Positions 10,036 through 18,752 of a stretch of DNA of 64,000 nt are shown here, in pieces; position 1 is the first letter of the stretch; each line of letters starts with the position of its first letter. The translations under genes were made by a program, and so were the position numbers. The stretch spans positions 166,194 to 230,193 of IMG/VR virus record IMGVR_UViG_3300040801_001810. One strand, 5' to 3'. The notes under the pieces are model-generated. The model worked only from the letters and a program-made list of their open reading frames with translations, did no database searches and was not told the DNA's origin. The DNA comes from a virus (taxonomy: Duplodnaviria > Heunggongvirae > Uroviricota > Caudoviricetes).

Positions 10036-10262
10036 AATATATACACTCCAGAAGTAGCTATATAGTTATCAGAAACATCAAAGATAAAGCCAGATCCATT
10101 AGTTGTAGTAGTTACACTTATATCAAAAAAGTCATACGAACCAGATACCATTAATTCAGCAAAGAACTGGTCGTTATTCATATTAATTAGGCCAGGAGTA
10201 ATTACTGAATCATCCTTTACCGCAGGTGCGACGTAAATATCAGGTCTATCCCTTAATATCAT
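10032..10262 (-). CDS. hypothetical protein
   Basis: 76-aa ORF. Confidence 0.3.
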   Translation of the reverse strand: MILRDRPDIYVAPAVKDDSVITPGLINMNNDQFFAELMVSGSYDFFDISVTTTTNGSGFIFDVSDNYIATSGVYIF

Positions 10263-10518
10263 TTACAGTTACTCCTGAACCTCTATTTATTAATTGAATA
10301 CCTTTTATCTCTATTTGTTTACAAGGATTATCAAGTGTTGGGTCAATAATAATAGTCTCAGTGAAGCCGCATCTATGACATATTCTATGTACAGCTGTAC
10401 TAGCTTTATGATCAACAGTATTGTTCCATCTATCTTTAGTTTCTAAGCTATTATATTCATTATTTAGACTAACCTGCCAGTCGTGCTCAGTGCACTTATT
10501 GTCTCTTAACTTAATCAT
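10246..10518 (-). CDS. hypothetical protein
   Basis: 90-aa ORF with HRICHRCG motif. Confidence 0.3.
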   Translation of the reverse strand: MIKLRDNKCTEHDWQVSLNNEYNSLETKDRWNNTVDHKASTAVHRICHRCGFTETIIIDPTLDNPCKQIEIKGIQLINRGSGVTVNDIKG

Positions 10519-10823
10519 AACATCCTAGCTCCTACATAGTTATCTAGTGGTTCTCTTGCCATTGGTGGGTGGCCTATTTGGTCTCTTTGCTGCTCATATA
10601 GACGTTTAGACCTAACCTGATCGTCTAACATACCCTTAATTCTAGTGTAGACTTCTTTAATATTACCATTCTTAGTGGCGTGAGCTGCTTCCTGAAAGTA
10701 TCCCATAGCACATAATGAATCGTAGTAATAACTGTTATCTAGTTCTATTTTATCTCTTAATTGTATCTTAGCCATATATATAATATAGTTAATTTGTAAC
10801 CTATGAGTCAAGAATCTTATCAC
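10515..10823 (-). CDS. hypothetical protein
   Basis: 102-aa ORF. Likely true start is the internal MAKIQLRD. Confidence 0.35.
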   Translation of the reverse strand: MIRFLTHRLQINYIIYMAKIQLRDKIELDNSYYYDSLCAMGYFQEAAHATKNGNIKEVYTRIKGMLDDQVRSKRLYEQQRDQIGHPPMAREPLDNYVGARML

Positions 10824-11913
10824 TTTTAGTTAGGTTATCCGCTGCCCATAATGGTTGAAGGTTAGTATAATGGCTGGATCTCATGGCTTCTTCTTTATTT
10901 AGTTTCAGATTATCTGTCACTAGATTAAATTTAGACATTGGTACAATGTGGTCTATGTGCCACTCACCATAATTGTCCCAAGTCATACCTTCTTGAAACT
11001 TAGACTCAAAATGTAATTTAAGTTCCTCTGATGTACAACCAACTACTTCTTCTGTTGGGATTTGTATCCTAACCTTAATAGGATTATTAGTTCTTTGTAA
11101 AATATTGATAGTAAAACAGTCTTTTAATCTTCTACGAATATTCCTATAAATTTTTGCTTTAGGATCATTTCTTCGACAATGTTTACATTTACATATATAT
11201 TTAGCCTGTTTGTATTTATTAGGGGCAAATAAATTAGATGAAAGATCCCCAGTCTTATTACATACTGGACATCTTATTATCCTGGTAGGATCAAATATTT
11301 TATTTTTAAGTTGTCTTTGTTCAGCATCACTCTTCTTTTGACATTTCTTGCAAATAGACATCCGTATTCGATATCCACGATATATATCATTCCATGTCAC
11401 TGCCTTTGTATTGGTTGAATGTTTAACTCTAGAGGGACTAAAGTTTAATCGATCAGTAGTTGAACAAGTTGAGCATTTAAGTATTACTGGAAGTTTTACT
11501 TTAGGAACAGCGTTAGTCTTAGGAACAGAGTCGATCCAAAATTGGATATAATCGTTTCTAGCTTGTTTCTTTTGTTCCTCTTGCTCTTCCCAATACTTTT
11601 CCCACTGCTTCTCTTGCCTAGTAACTTTTTTTATTTGGTCTTGTTGTGACTTCCAACGACAACTGTGACAATAGTATTTTTTAATTGACTCAAATTCTGT
11701 TAGTGGTTTTCTTTTATTGCATTTTAAGCATCTCTTCCCATGAAGTTTAATAAATTCTAGACGCTTATTGGTGTAAAGCTTATCCATCTTATAAAATATT
11801 TCACATAAATATTTCCTACCTATACCTAATATAGCAGCTAGTTCGGACGATGTTCTTTCGTCTCGTATATATAGTGTAAGTAAATTACGATATATTTCGT
11901 CAGACACTTTCAT
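10801..11913 (-). CDS. HNH homing endonuclease with N-terminal HTH and multiple CxxC zinc fingers
   Basis: C-terminal GEWHIDHIVPMSKF...NLQPLWAADNLTKSDK is a canonical HNH motif. Several CxxC pairs. N-terminal TSSELAAILGIGRKYL is HTH-like. Confidence 0.65.
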   Translation of the reverse strand: MKVSDEIYRNLLTLYIRDERTSSELAAILGIGRKYLCEIFYKMDKLYTNKRLEFIKLHGKRCLKCNKRKPLTEFESIKKYYCHSCRWKSQQDQIKKVTRQEKQWEKYWEEQEEQKKQARNDYIQFWIDSVPKTNAVPKVKLPVILKCSTCSTTDRLNFSPSRVKHSTNTKAVTWNDIYRGYRIRMSICKKCQKKSDAEQRQLKNKIFDPTRIIRCPVCNKTGDLSSNLFAPNKYKQAKYICKCKHCRRNDPKAKIYRNIRRRLKDCFTINILQRTNNPIKVRIQIPTEEVVGCTSEELKLHFESKFQEGMTWDNYGEWHIDHIVPMSKFNLVTDNLKLNKEEAMRSSHYTNLQPLWAADNLTKSDKILDS

Positions 11914-12180
11914 ACCTACCTCCTAATATAATATACCTAATTTGTACCCTAAATGTCAAGCCTTACGCACGGGGATTTTATAAAAAATTATTTTGAGATT
12001 GGGAAAACAGTTATTAATTTGACTTTATATGGCAAAATTGTTAAAAAATTATTTGAGATTTGAGATTGAAAATATGAATCTTAGAACCAGGTATTATTAT
12101 TAGTAAAAGTTATATATATGAAGTTTCGAGGTCCACCCATCGGTATATATTAAACAATTCACTTAAACAAAGGAGTATGT
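11914..12180. promoter_or_regulatory. divergent control region between minus- and plus-strand gene blocks, with direct repeats AAAAAATTATTT(T)GAGATTG
   Basis: 267-bp AT-rich non-coding gap between divergent genes. Repeat at ~11983-12003 and ~12042-12066. TTGACT and TATAT boxes present. Confidence 0.4.
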
Positions 12181-12456
12181 ATGTCTAACACAACATGCAT
12201 CAAGGCAATCGAGTCTGTATCACACATCACAGAAGGCACAGTTAACAAGCTGTATAACCGCATCAATACACCACAACCATGTAGTGTAGTAGTAGAACCA
12301 ATCAACTATCATCGTATGGGTAGAGTAGTAGAAGCAATAGATGTATTAATCAACAGTACTGTACATGCACTAGATAGAGATGATACAGATGTATATAGCT
12401 ATCACATATGGGGTAATGTATATGTAGTGTACACTAAGGAAGGAGTATCTATATAG
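12181..12456 (+). CDS. hypothetical protein
   Basis: 91-aa ORF preceded by AAGGAG RBS (caaaggagtatgtATG). Confidence 0.45.
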   Translation: MSNTTCIKAIESVSHITEGTVNKLYNRINTPQPCSVVVEPINYHRMGRVVEAIDVLINSTVHALDRDDTDVYSYHIWGNVYVVYTKEGVSI

Positions 12457-12526
12457 TATGTATATAGGCATGTATAAGTATAGTGTATAGTAACAATCAC
12501 AATAACAATAACATAAGGAGTACACA

Positions 12527-12670
12527 ATGTACACATGTAATGAATGTAAAGAACAGGTGATGACTAAGGATAGTAACGATAGGTACACATGCCCACTATG
12601 TAAGCGTGTATACAGGCTAGATAAGCACACTCGTAAGTATGTCATGGTTAAGGCTACTACTACTGAGTGA
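12527..12670 (+). CDS. small zinc-ribbon protein (47 aa)
   Basis: ATG at 12527 after AAGGAG RBS. MYTCNECKEQV...YTCPLCKRVY has CxxC...CxxC. Not in ORF track (<60 aa). Confidence 0.45.
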   Translation: MYTCNECKEQVMTKDSNDRYTCPLCKRVYRLDKHTRKYVMVKATTTE

Positions 12671-12762
12671 CACTCCCTCAATACGGGGCTTCTGTGCTGT
12701 TACCAACTCCCTCGGTACCACAAGGCCCCATACAACTGTCTTATTAACCAATTATAGTACAT

Positions 12763-12773
12763 GCTGCGCTGGC
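12763..12773 (+). promoter_or_regulatory. conserved intergenic motif B (GCTGCGCTGGC), copy 1
   Basis: Flanked by GTACA/TGTAC inverted repeat. ~30 nt upstream of the 12802 start. Confidence 0.4.
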
Positions 12774-12801
12774 TTGTACTACACAAACAAGGAGTTTTAT
12801 C

Positions 12802-12993
12802 ATGGATACACAAACATTATCATATATTAGTTACATTCATACCTCTATATCAAGACCTTTTGGTTTATACATGGATCTAGTTCCTACTCCACCTGAACAA
12901 AAGAAAGAAAAGAAAAAAGAAAATAAGTATCATAAGCAAGCTCAAGCTGCAATTGATGGTAGAATTCAATCTTCTCAAAACCTTTATTTCTAG
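12802..12993 (+). CDS. hypothetical protein
   Basis: 63-aa ORF with RBS acaaggagttttatcATG. Confidence 0.35.
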   Translation: MDTQTLSYISYIHTSISRPFGLYMDLVPTPPEQKKEKKKENKYHKQAQAAIDGRIQSSQNLYF

Positions 12994-13243
12994 GAGACTT
13001 ATCATGAAACTCGCTTGCATGGACATAGTTCTATCATATAACGACTTTATTTATAACAATGTAAGTTATCGAATTGAAGTGTCTTGTTTTAGTTTTACCA
13101 GGGTTCCTACTAATGAGTGGGTAGTAACACGAATAAAGCCTACAGATGGTAGGAAAAGAGAGTTGTGTCCTGTACTACACTCAGATAAATGGAATTCTAT
13201 AGATAATGCTTTTATGGAGGAATGGCTCCCTCTAGATATCTAA
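12953..13243 (+). CDS. hypothetical protein
   Basis: 96-aa ORF. Internal ATG after taggagacttatcATG (13004) is the likelier start. Confidence 0.35.
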   Translation: MMVEFNLLKTFISRRLIMKLACMDIVLSYNDFIYNNVSYRIEVSCFSFTRVPTNEWVVTRIKPTDGRKRELCPVLHSDKWNSIDNAFMEEWLPLDI

Positions 13244-13585
13244 GTTCATGCCTCGCTTCGCTTCGGCACAAGCCTAGTATTTGCTTCGCTTCATACAATG
13301 ATCTCACTGCCGTTCGATAGTATTCCATTCTGTCATACAGCAGGTTTAGTTTCACTTTCACCTGTCAGTCAGGCAAGCTGACTAGTATTGTATTTCTCTC
13401 TCTTCTCTCTCGGTCTCACGCAAAGTACACCAACGCCAATCCCCACTGATGAAATCGTCCTGATTTCGGGATTGTCTTATGGTGTCACCCTTCTGTGAGA
13501 AGTATATAACTGAGAGTCGTATTATAGAAGATCTTAGTAGTAGCTACATGCACGATTAGTCATAGCATCTAGGAACGAATGTTTT

Positions 13586-13600
13586 TAGGTGTTTGTCAGA
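13586..13600 (+). promoter_or_regulatory. conserved intergenic motif A (TAGGTGTTTGTCAGA), copy 1
   Basis: Matches the TA(A)GTGTTNGTCAGA consensus. 32 nt upstream of the 13632 start. Confidence 0.45.
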
Positions 13601-13631
13601 TTTATTCAACTTTATATCCTAGGAGGATATC

Positions 13632-14798
13632 ATGTCACGTAAAGAATTCGTCATAGGTCGTAACAGTGGTCGTAAGTTAGTATTAGAAGGATCTTTAGTT
13701 ATAGGTGCAGTATCTGCCTATACAGATTTTATTATTGATGAGCCTACTGTTGAGTCACGCTGCGCTGGCACTACTGAGGATTTCGGTCCACAACGCTGGA
13801 ATGCACAAGGTGATAAGCTGTCGCAAACTGACGATGATACATGTTGGGTTGATGATAACGGAAATCAGTACTATACAGAGATTGGATCTTATCCTAATGA
13901 GATTATTCTTGATGAAGTGCGTGGATCCTGTGATGCTACAATTGACAGTCCTAAGGCTCGTACATTGCTAAACAGTGATGAACAAGCATGGATGGATGCC
14001 AATGAACATCTTCTTGAGAAACTTTCAGAGGATGATGACACCTGGGCATGTAACGAATATAACGACGAACAGGTTGATTCACATACCAGTTTAGCTAATG
14101 CTAGACATAGTACGAATGCTACTGAGCAGAATAAAGAAGGATATAAGATCTTTGGTACTAACAAGGGTCATGATTCTGCAATATGGGTAGCAGTAAGATA
14201 CTCTAAGCAAGCTACTATCAACATGGTTAAGCGTGTTAAAGAACATCTCAGTACAGATGAACTTGATTACTTGCGCTATATCATACTTGATGACAACATT
14301 TCATTGCCTTCATGTATCCGTACTGTACTCCCTCAGCATAATGCTTACAAATCACTTACATGCTGGCTTAAAACCATCACTACTGGTACGCACTATACAG
14401 CTACTGGTCGTAAGGTTGGATTTACACCATATCCAGCAATGTTTGTCAAAGCACGCAAAGAAATGGAGTTACTCGCACCTAAGCGGGTGCTCCATATCGA
14501 TTACTACCAGCCTACAAAATCCTGCCCAGAAGGTTTCGCTAATATCTGGACAACAAAGGGTGATGTACTCACTGGTACACATCAGATCTGTTTCTTCACA
14601 ACTACTAGCTATCAATCACAGATAGACAGTATCATAAGGAGAGCCAAGGCAGCAGGATACAATATTGTATCAAAGAATGATATGTATAACAACTGTATTG
14701 CCTCAACAGGAAAAACACCAAAGTATACAACAGTACGTACTCTTTGGAACAATCCTATTAGCTATATAGAAGCATCAGTTAAAGTGTTAGTCAGTTAA
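13632..14798 (+). CDS. hypothetical protein (388 aa)
   Basis: Long ORF with RBS ctaggaggatatcATG, preceded by a 390-nt structured leader containing hairpins. Confidence 0.55.
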   Translation: MSRKEFVIGRNSGRKLVLEGSLVIGAVSAYTDFIIDEPTVESRCAGTTEDFGPQRWNAQGDKLSQTDDDTCWVDDNGNQYYTEIGSYPNEIILDEVRGSCDATIDSPKARTLLNSDEQAWMDANEHLLEKLSEDDDTWACNEYNDEQVDSHTSLANARHSTNATEQNKEGYKIFGTNKGHDSAIWVAVRYSKQATINMVKRVKEHLSTDELDYLRYIILDDNISLPSCIRTVLPQHNAYKSLTCWLKTITTGTHYTATGRKVGFTPYPAMFVKARKEMELLAPKRVLHIDYYQPTKSCPEGFANIWTTKGDVLTGTHQICFFTTTSYQSQIDSIIRRAKAAGYNIVSKNDMYNNCIASTGKTPKYTTVRTLWNNPISYIEASVKVLVS

Positions 14799-14897
14799 TT
14801 GGTTCCTTTCATTTGGATGAATTGGTTGGGGAGTATGAGTTAAGTAGATTGGTTCCCTACTAGCTTATACTCCTTTTTTTATTCTAAGGAGATTATC

Positions 14898-15050
14898 ATG
14901 AATAACAACTACAATGAACCCGAACCTGGTTCTGAAGAAGAATACTACTGCGATAATTTTGAATTTTCAGTACAAACAATCAAAGAAGAAGAAGGTCAAA
15001 TAGAAGTAGATAAATGGTTTGCATACCTTGAAACAACTAACAATCGGTAA
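14898..15050 (+). CDS. small acidic hypothetical protein (50 aa)
   Basis: ATG 14898 after taaggagattatc RBS. Stop TAA overlaps the motif A copy at 15048. Confidence 0.4.
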   Translation: MNNNYNEPEPGSEEEYYCDNFEFSVQTIKEEEGQIEVDKWFAYLETTNNR

Positions 15051-15068
15051 GTGTTGGTCAGATAATTG
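15048..15068 (+). promoter_or_regulatory. motif A copy 2 (TAAGTGTTGGTCAGATAATTG)
   Basis: Exact consensus. Confidence 0.45.
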
Positions 15069-15206
15069 AATAGATGGGTTTAAAAGGGTACTGGTAAAAT
15101 AACTAGGCCCTCCCATCACCAATTTTATAACACTTGAATATACTTTTTTACACCTATCAAAGTCAAGTCTAATCACCCAAATACACATACAGTCGCTCAA
15201 ATGCAT

Positions 15207-15227
15207 TAAGTGTTGGTCAGAAAAATG
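15207..15227 (+). promoter_or_regulatory. motif A copy 3 (TAAGTGTTGGTCAGAAAAATG)
   Basis: Exact consensus, 48 nt upstream of the 15275 start. Confidence 0.45.
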
Positions 15228-15274
15228 TCACTTTAGCTATATATCTCTTTCACAACTATCAAAAGGAGTCTATC

Positions 15275-15709
15275 ATGACTACCAATGCACAAGTCTCAGC
15301 CACAGCGAATCGTTTCATGGAAAAGGTTCAGCAGCGTCAGGAAGCTCTTCAGCTCACAGCAGCTCAGAAGCAGGCAAAGATCGACATCGACAAAGAATAC
15401 AAAGACTTCATCGATGTCACAGCAGTTGAACAGCAGGAAATCCAGGATAACTACCAGCTCGCAGTTGTTGCCGCTCAAGAAGTCCTGAAGGAAAGCCTCA
15501 AGGATCTCCACGACAAACGCAAGAATGCCAAAGAGATGCGCATCGAAGAGTATGTCAAAGCAGGTATCGCAAAAGAACACATCCCAGCAACTGATGTAGT
15601 AGCTGTAAAACTCGACAATGCAGCCACAAAGCTCATCGGTGGAGCAGCAAGCTTCTTCAATGATACCAAAGATTATCTCAAGCGTAAGGCCGCAGGTCAG
15701 GTTGGTTGA
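15275..15709 (+). CDS. hypothetical coiled-coil protein, atypically GC-rich codon usage
   Basis: 144-aa ORF with RBS caaaaggagtctatcATG. Gln/Ala/Lys-rich. Local GC clearly above the window average. Confidence 0.5.
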   Translation: MTTNAQVSATANRFMEKVQQRQEALQLTAAQKQAKIDIDKEYKDFIDVTAVEQQEIQDNYQLAVVAAQEVLKESLKDLHDKRKNAKEMRIEEYVKAGIAKEHIPATDVVAVKLDNAATKLIGGAASFFNDTKDYLKRKAAGQVG

Positions 15710-15730
15710 TTGTGTGTGTGTGTCCTCCTA

Positions 15731-15769
15731 AAGGGATTGGGTCTAGAAATAGGCTCAGTCCCTTTTTTT
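15731..15769 (+). terminator. rho-independent terminator
   Basis: AAGGGA...TCCCTT stem followed by TTTTTTTA. Preceded by a (TG)6 run at 15710-15722. Confidence 0.5.
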
Positions 15770-16094
15770 ATGCTTATGAACGGCTTTATGGGTAGGTTGT
15801 GTTGGTTTTAACCTAAATTAGAAGGCACGATGCACATGGCGATTGTAGGTCAGAATGGCCATATTTGAAAAAATCACCGAGAGCGGGAACTTAAAACTAC
15901 CCGTCCATCAACCCGTCCACACTACGGCCCCCGAAGGAGCGAAGCGACTGAGGGGCATAACAAATAAAATAACAAAATAATCACACATATAATAGAAATT
16001 CACAGCTAAAACTACAAATAATACGCATTTATGCGTTAAAACAGTAGGAAAGCCAAGAAATTCACCATATGCGTGAGGAAAATAAAAATTTTAT

Positions 16095-16320
16095 AACAAA
16101 GTACCTAGTACATATAGTATGTATTAACATACCATCATATAACAGGTACACAAACAAAGTACCTAGTAGTCTAGATACATATTAAGTATATAGAATACAT
16201 ATAGGTACACAAACAAAGTACCTAGTACATATAGTATGTAATTACATACAACAGTATACATATATCATAATGATATATTGCTGTGTCCTTCATATAGTAC
16301 ATATAGGTACACAAACTACC
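16095..16320. repeat. iteron-like direct-repeat array (ACAAAGTACCTAGTA x3 and GGTACACAAAC x3; 28-bp perfect repeat at 16096-16123 and 16213-16240)
   Basis: Read directly. Lies in a 560-bp non-coding gap upstream of the 16336 gene. Confidence 0.5.
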
Positions 16321-16335
16321 TATAAGGAGATCATA

Positions 16336-16647
16336 ATGATCACAGTAATAAACAAACGTAATGCTACACCATCCAATGGTATAGTAGTATACATAGGTAG
16401 AGGATCACCACTAGGTAATCCATTTCCAATGAAAAACAATAGTATTCAAGAACGTAACAGAGTATGTGATGAATACGAACAATGGCTAAATAACCATATA
16501 ACATCAAAGACTCCAAGTGTATGTACAGAGCTTAATAGGATATATACATTATCTAAGGATAATAATATATACTTACAATGCTACTGTGCTCCACTTAGAT
16601 GTCATGGTGATTATATTAAGAAGGTTATTAATAATAAAGCCAAGTAA
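16336..16647 (+). CDS. DUF4326-like (NADAR-related) protein
   Basis: MITVINK... after taaggagatcataATG. IVVYIGRGSPLGNPF and LQCYCAPLRCHGDYI match the DUF4326 signature (GRGSPWGNPF ... CHC.P..CH.D). Confidence 0.45.
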   Translation: MITVINKRNATPSNGIVVYIGRGSPLGNPFPMKNNSIQERNRVCDEYEQWLNNHITSKTPSVCTELNRIYTLSKDNNIYLQCYCAPLRCHGDYIKKVINNKAK

Positions 16648-16651
16648 CAGC

Positions 16652-16668
16652 TAAGCTGCGCTGGCTAA
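16652..16668 (+). promoter_or_regulatory. motif B copy 2 (TAAGCTGCGCTGGCTAA)
   Basis: Followed by GCGCTG...CAGCGC hairpin. 36 nt upstream of the 16704 start. Confidence 0.4.
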
Positions 16669-16703
16669 AAGTCATCAGCGCCATCAAATAAAAGGAGCAC
16701 ACA

Positions 16704-16973
16704 ATGCACTTCTTCAAAGGTACCAATAACATAGGTATCCAATTCACTCGTGACAAAGATAGTAAACAGCTATCCATAGCAATAAGAGATGGTAGTCTAC
16801 CAGACAACCTCCCTCTATTTCACAATGTAACCAAGAATGTACAAGTAGATGTATGTATATTCAGAACAATAGAAGACTCAATACCATTAGCACAATGTTA
16901 TCCCTCAGATGAAGAACTAGGAGATATTATATCTCTATTCATTAAAGGTAATACAGTGTTGGGTATTGATTGA
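16704..16973 (+). CDS. hypothetical protein
   Basis: 89-aa ORF with RBS aaaaggagcacacaATG. Confidence 0.45.
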   Translation: MHFFKGTNNIGIQFTRDKDSKQLSIAIRDGSLPDNLPLFHNVTKNVQVDVCIFRTIEDSIPLAQCYPSDEELGDIISLFIKGNTVLGID

Positions 16974-16981
16974 TCAATTAT

Positions 16982-17006
16982 TAAGCTAAACTGCACTGGC
17001 TAATAC
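16982..17006 (+). promoter_or_regulatory. motif B variant copy 3 (TAAGCTAAACTGCACTGGCTAATAC)
   Basis: Variant with CTGCACTGGC. Confidence 0.35.
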
Positions 17007-17027
17007 AATCATAAGGAGAATTAACTC

Positions 17028-17618
17028 ATGAATCCAACTAAAGAAGAATACGCTGTAGACTTCACTCAGTTAAAAACAGTATCACAATTATCATCAAAGA
17101 TAACTAAAATTGTACCACCAGAAGAAATAATAAGGCTAGCAGACGAAGGATATATTACATCATTCAGAATAGCCACTCCAAAAGGACATATTGCATCAGA
17201 TGAATATTTATTCATGCAACCATTACTTCAAACAGAAATACAAGAACGTCTATTAGTAGAAACAAAAGCACCTGAAATATTACATCTTCACACAGGAGAT
17301 AATAGGACATTTAATGTCCCAGAAGAACTTGGACAGATGATACCTGCTATTTATGAAATGGATATATCATATCCACCAGCAGTATATTTCCTTGTGAAAG
17401 ATAATAAAGTAGTATATATAGGTCAAAGCATAAGATTAGCTTCTCGTATATCACAACACTGGCAAGAAAAAGATTTCGATAGAATACTTTATATACCAGT
17501 ACCAAAAGAGAAGTTAAATGTTATAGAAGGAGCATTAATTAATCATTTTAAACCAGAACTTAATTCAACTGTTCCTAAGTTATACAATGAATATCTTAAA
17601 GAAGTATTACTAAGCTAA
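17028..17618 (+). CDS. GIY-YIG domain protein
   Basis: C-terminal VYFLVKDNKVVYIGQSIRLASRISQHW...F matches the GIY-YIG core (Y..xxxGxxYIG..., R, H/Q). RBS cataaggagaattaactcATG. Confidence 0.5.
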   Translation: MNPTKEEYAVDFTQLKTVSQLSSKITKIVPPEEIIRLADEGYITSFRIATPKGHIASDEYLFMQPLLQTEIQERLLVETKAPEILHLHTGDNRTFNVPEELGQMIPAIYEMDISYPPAVYFLVKDNKVVYIGQSIRLASRISQHWQEKDFDRILYIPVPKEKLNVIEGALINHFKPELNSTVPKLYNEYLKEVLLS

Positions 17619-17640
17619 GCTAAGCTAAGCTAAGCTACGC
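17612..17640 (+). repeat. tandem pentanucleotide repeat (TAAGC)x5
   Basis: ctaagctaagctaagctaagctaagctacgc spanning the stop of the GIY-YIG gene, immediately upstream of motif A copy 4. Confidence 0.6.
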
Positions 17641-17661
17641 TAGTGTTAGTCAGAAAAATAC
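17641..17661 (+). promoter_or_regulatory. motif A copy 4 (TAGTGTTAGTCAGAAAAATAC)
   Basis: Consensus with A at the variable position. Confidence 0.45.
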
Positions 17662-17694
17662 AATAATTCACCACATAATACAAGGAGTCACACA

Positions 17695-18006
17695 ATGAAG
17701 AAGCTTATCGTTATCACAGTATTGGCAATATTGGTATCAGCTATAGCTATAGTATCAATCAAAGCCACAACCAAGATAGACCTCCATGAAATGACAAGCA
17801 CACATCATGTATTTGGATACTATCCAACTATCAAACACAGAATAGAAAGAATACCAACAAAGGTATTAGTTATTCCAATTGATTCAACCACAGGTAATTA
17901 CATATATAACCCTTCAAAGGTAACATTTGCTAAGTATTTAGCACTATGTGTAGTAGACACTAACATGTTTAGTGTTAAGGGTTATTATGAGTATACCAAC
18001 AAATAG
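17695..18006 (+). CDS. secreted/membrane-anchored hypothetical protein (N-terminal signal or TM helix)
   Basis: MKKLIVITVLAILVSAIAIVSIKA hydrophobic N-terminus. RBS caaggagtcacacaATG. Confidence 0.45.
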   Translation: MKKLIVITVLAILVSAIAIVSIKATTKIDLHEMTSTHHVFGYYPTIKHRIERIPTKVLVIPIDSTTGNYIYNPSKVTFAKYLALCVVDTNMFSVKGYYEYTNK

Positions 18007-18024
18007 TGTTGGTCAGAATGATAC
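18004..18024 (+). promoter_or_regulatory. motif A copy 5 (TAGTGTTGGTCAGAATGATAC)
   Basis: Exact consensus. Confidence 0.45.
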
Positions 18025-18044
18025 ACAATTAACAAGGACATCCA

Positions 18045-18233
18045 ATGGCATCAGTCATAGTATCACATACAACAATAGCTATGGTTAAAGTAGAATTAGG
18101 TATACCTGATGATTGCTTAACCATATCAGATGAAAACATCAGAGAATTCATAGTATACAATGGTATATATGAACCTGATTTCAAATATTGGAATATGGTA
18201 CAGGAACTATGGGATGATTGGATGAGTAAATAA
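18045..18233 (+). CDS. hypothetical protein
   Basis: 62-aa ORF with RBS aacaaggacatccaATG. Confidence 0.4.
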   Translation: MASVIVSHTTIAMVKVELGIPDDCLTISDENIREFIVYNGIYEPDFKYWNMVQELWDDWMSK

Positions 18234-18248
18234 CAAGTAATAAGACAT

Positions 18249-18259
18249 GCTGCGCTGGC
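18249..18259 (+). promoter_or_regulatory. motif B copy 4 (GCTGCGCTGGC)
   Basis: 17 nt upstream of the 18276 start. CTGC-GCTG-GCAG mini-hairpin. Confidence 0.4.
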
Positions 18260-18275
18260 AGTAAGGAGAGCCAAG

Positions 18276-18551
18276 ATGAACAATGTAATTGGATTTAAAC
18301 AATGTTCTATAAGAACACCAGATTTACAGTGGCATAAAGTATGCACAACTGTACTCAAATCTGAAACAAACAATCGAAAATTCATGATTGTGAGTCAAGG
18401 AGCAAAAGCTACTCTTATCGTCACAGAAGTAGATCAAACATATATTGTTTCATCTATTAGCCAAGCTGATGCTAAGCTTACAGCAGAAAGATTTGAAGCA
18501 ATCATGTGTGAATGCCAAAACATTCCAATGCAAGTAAATCATAAGTGTTAG
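18276..18551 (+). CDS. hypothetical protein
   Basis: 91-aa ORF with RBS gtaaggagagccaagATG. Its TAG stop lies inside motif A copy 6. Confidence 0.45.
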   Translation: MNNVIGFKQCSIRTPDLQWHKVCTTVLKSETNNRKFMIVSQGAKATLIVTEVDQTYIVSSISQADAKLTAERFEAIMCECQNIPMQVNHKC

Positions 18552-18562
18552 TCAGATAATTC
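18542..18562 (+). promoter_or_regulatory. motif A copy 6 (TAAGTGTTAGTCAGATAATTC)
   Basis: Consensus. Confidence 0.45.
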
Positions 18563-18578
18563 ATAAGGAGAATCCGCC

Positions 18579-18752
18579 ATGACAGCACTAGATTCAATCA
18601 AACAAGATCTCAATGAAGTAGAGAGTACAATTAAGATACTCACTACTAATAACAATCATCCTGATGTACTACCAAAATGGATAGAATTAAGAGAACGCCT
18701 TAAATCACAGTACACTCAGTATATAGGAGCACATTGTGAAAGTTCCAATTAA
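18579..18752 (+). CDS. small hypothetical protein (57 aa)
   Basis: ATG 18579 after cataaggagaatccgccATG. Below the ORF-track length cutoff. Confidence 0.4.
   Translation: MTALDSIKQDLNEVESTIKILTTNNNHPDVLPKWIELRERLKSQYTQYIGAHCESSN

Noticed and set aside
12370-12681. Minus-strand 103-aa ORF and other antisense/overlapping track ORFs (13705-13971, 13889-14164, 14233-14625, 15285-15669 set, 20091-20418 set, 22360-22581, 31027-31421, 32762-33124, 34034-34468, 34688-35220)
   Set aside because: Each is embedded in or antisense to a longer ORF with better RBS/context. Compositions are Cys/Leu/Ser-rich, typical of spurious frames in AT-rich DNA.
16095-16320. CRISPR array
   Set aside because: Repeats are irregular in spacing and length, only 3 copies each, and no cas genes. 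Called iteron-like repeats instead.
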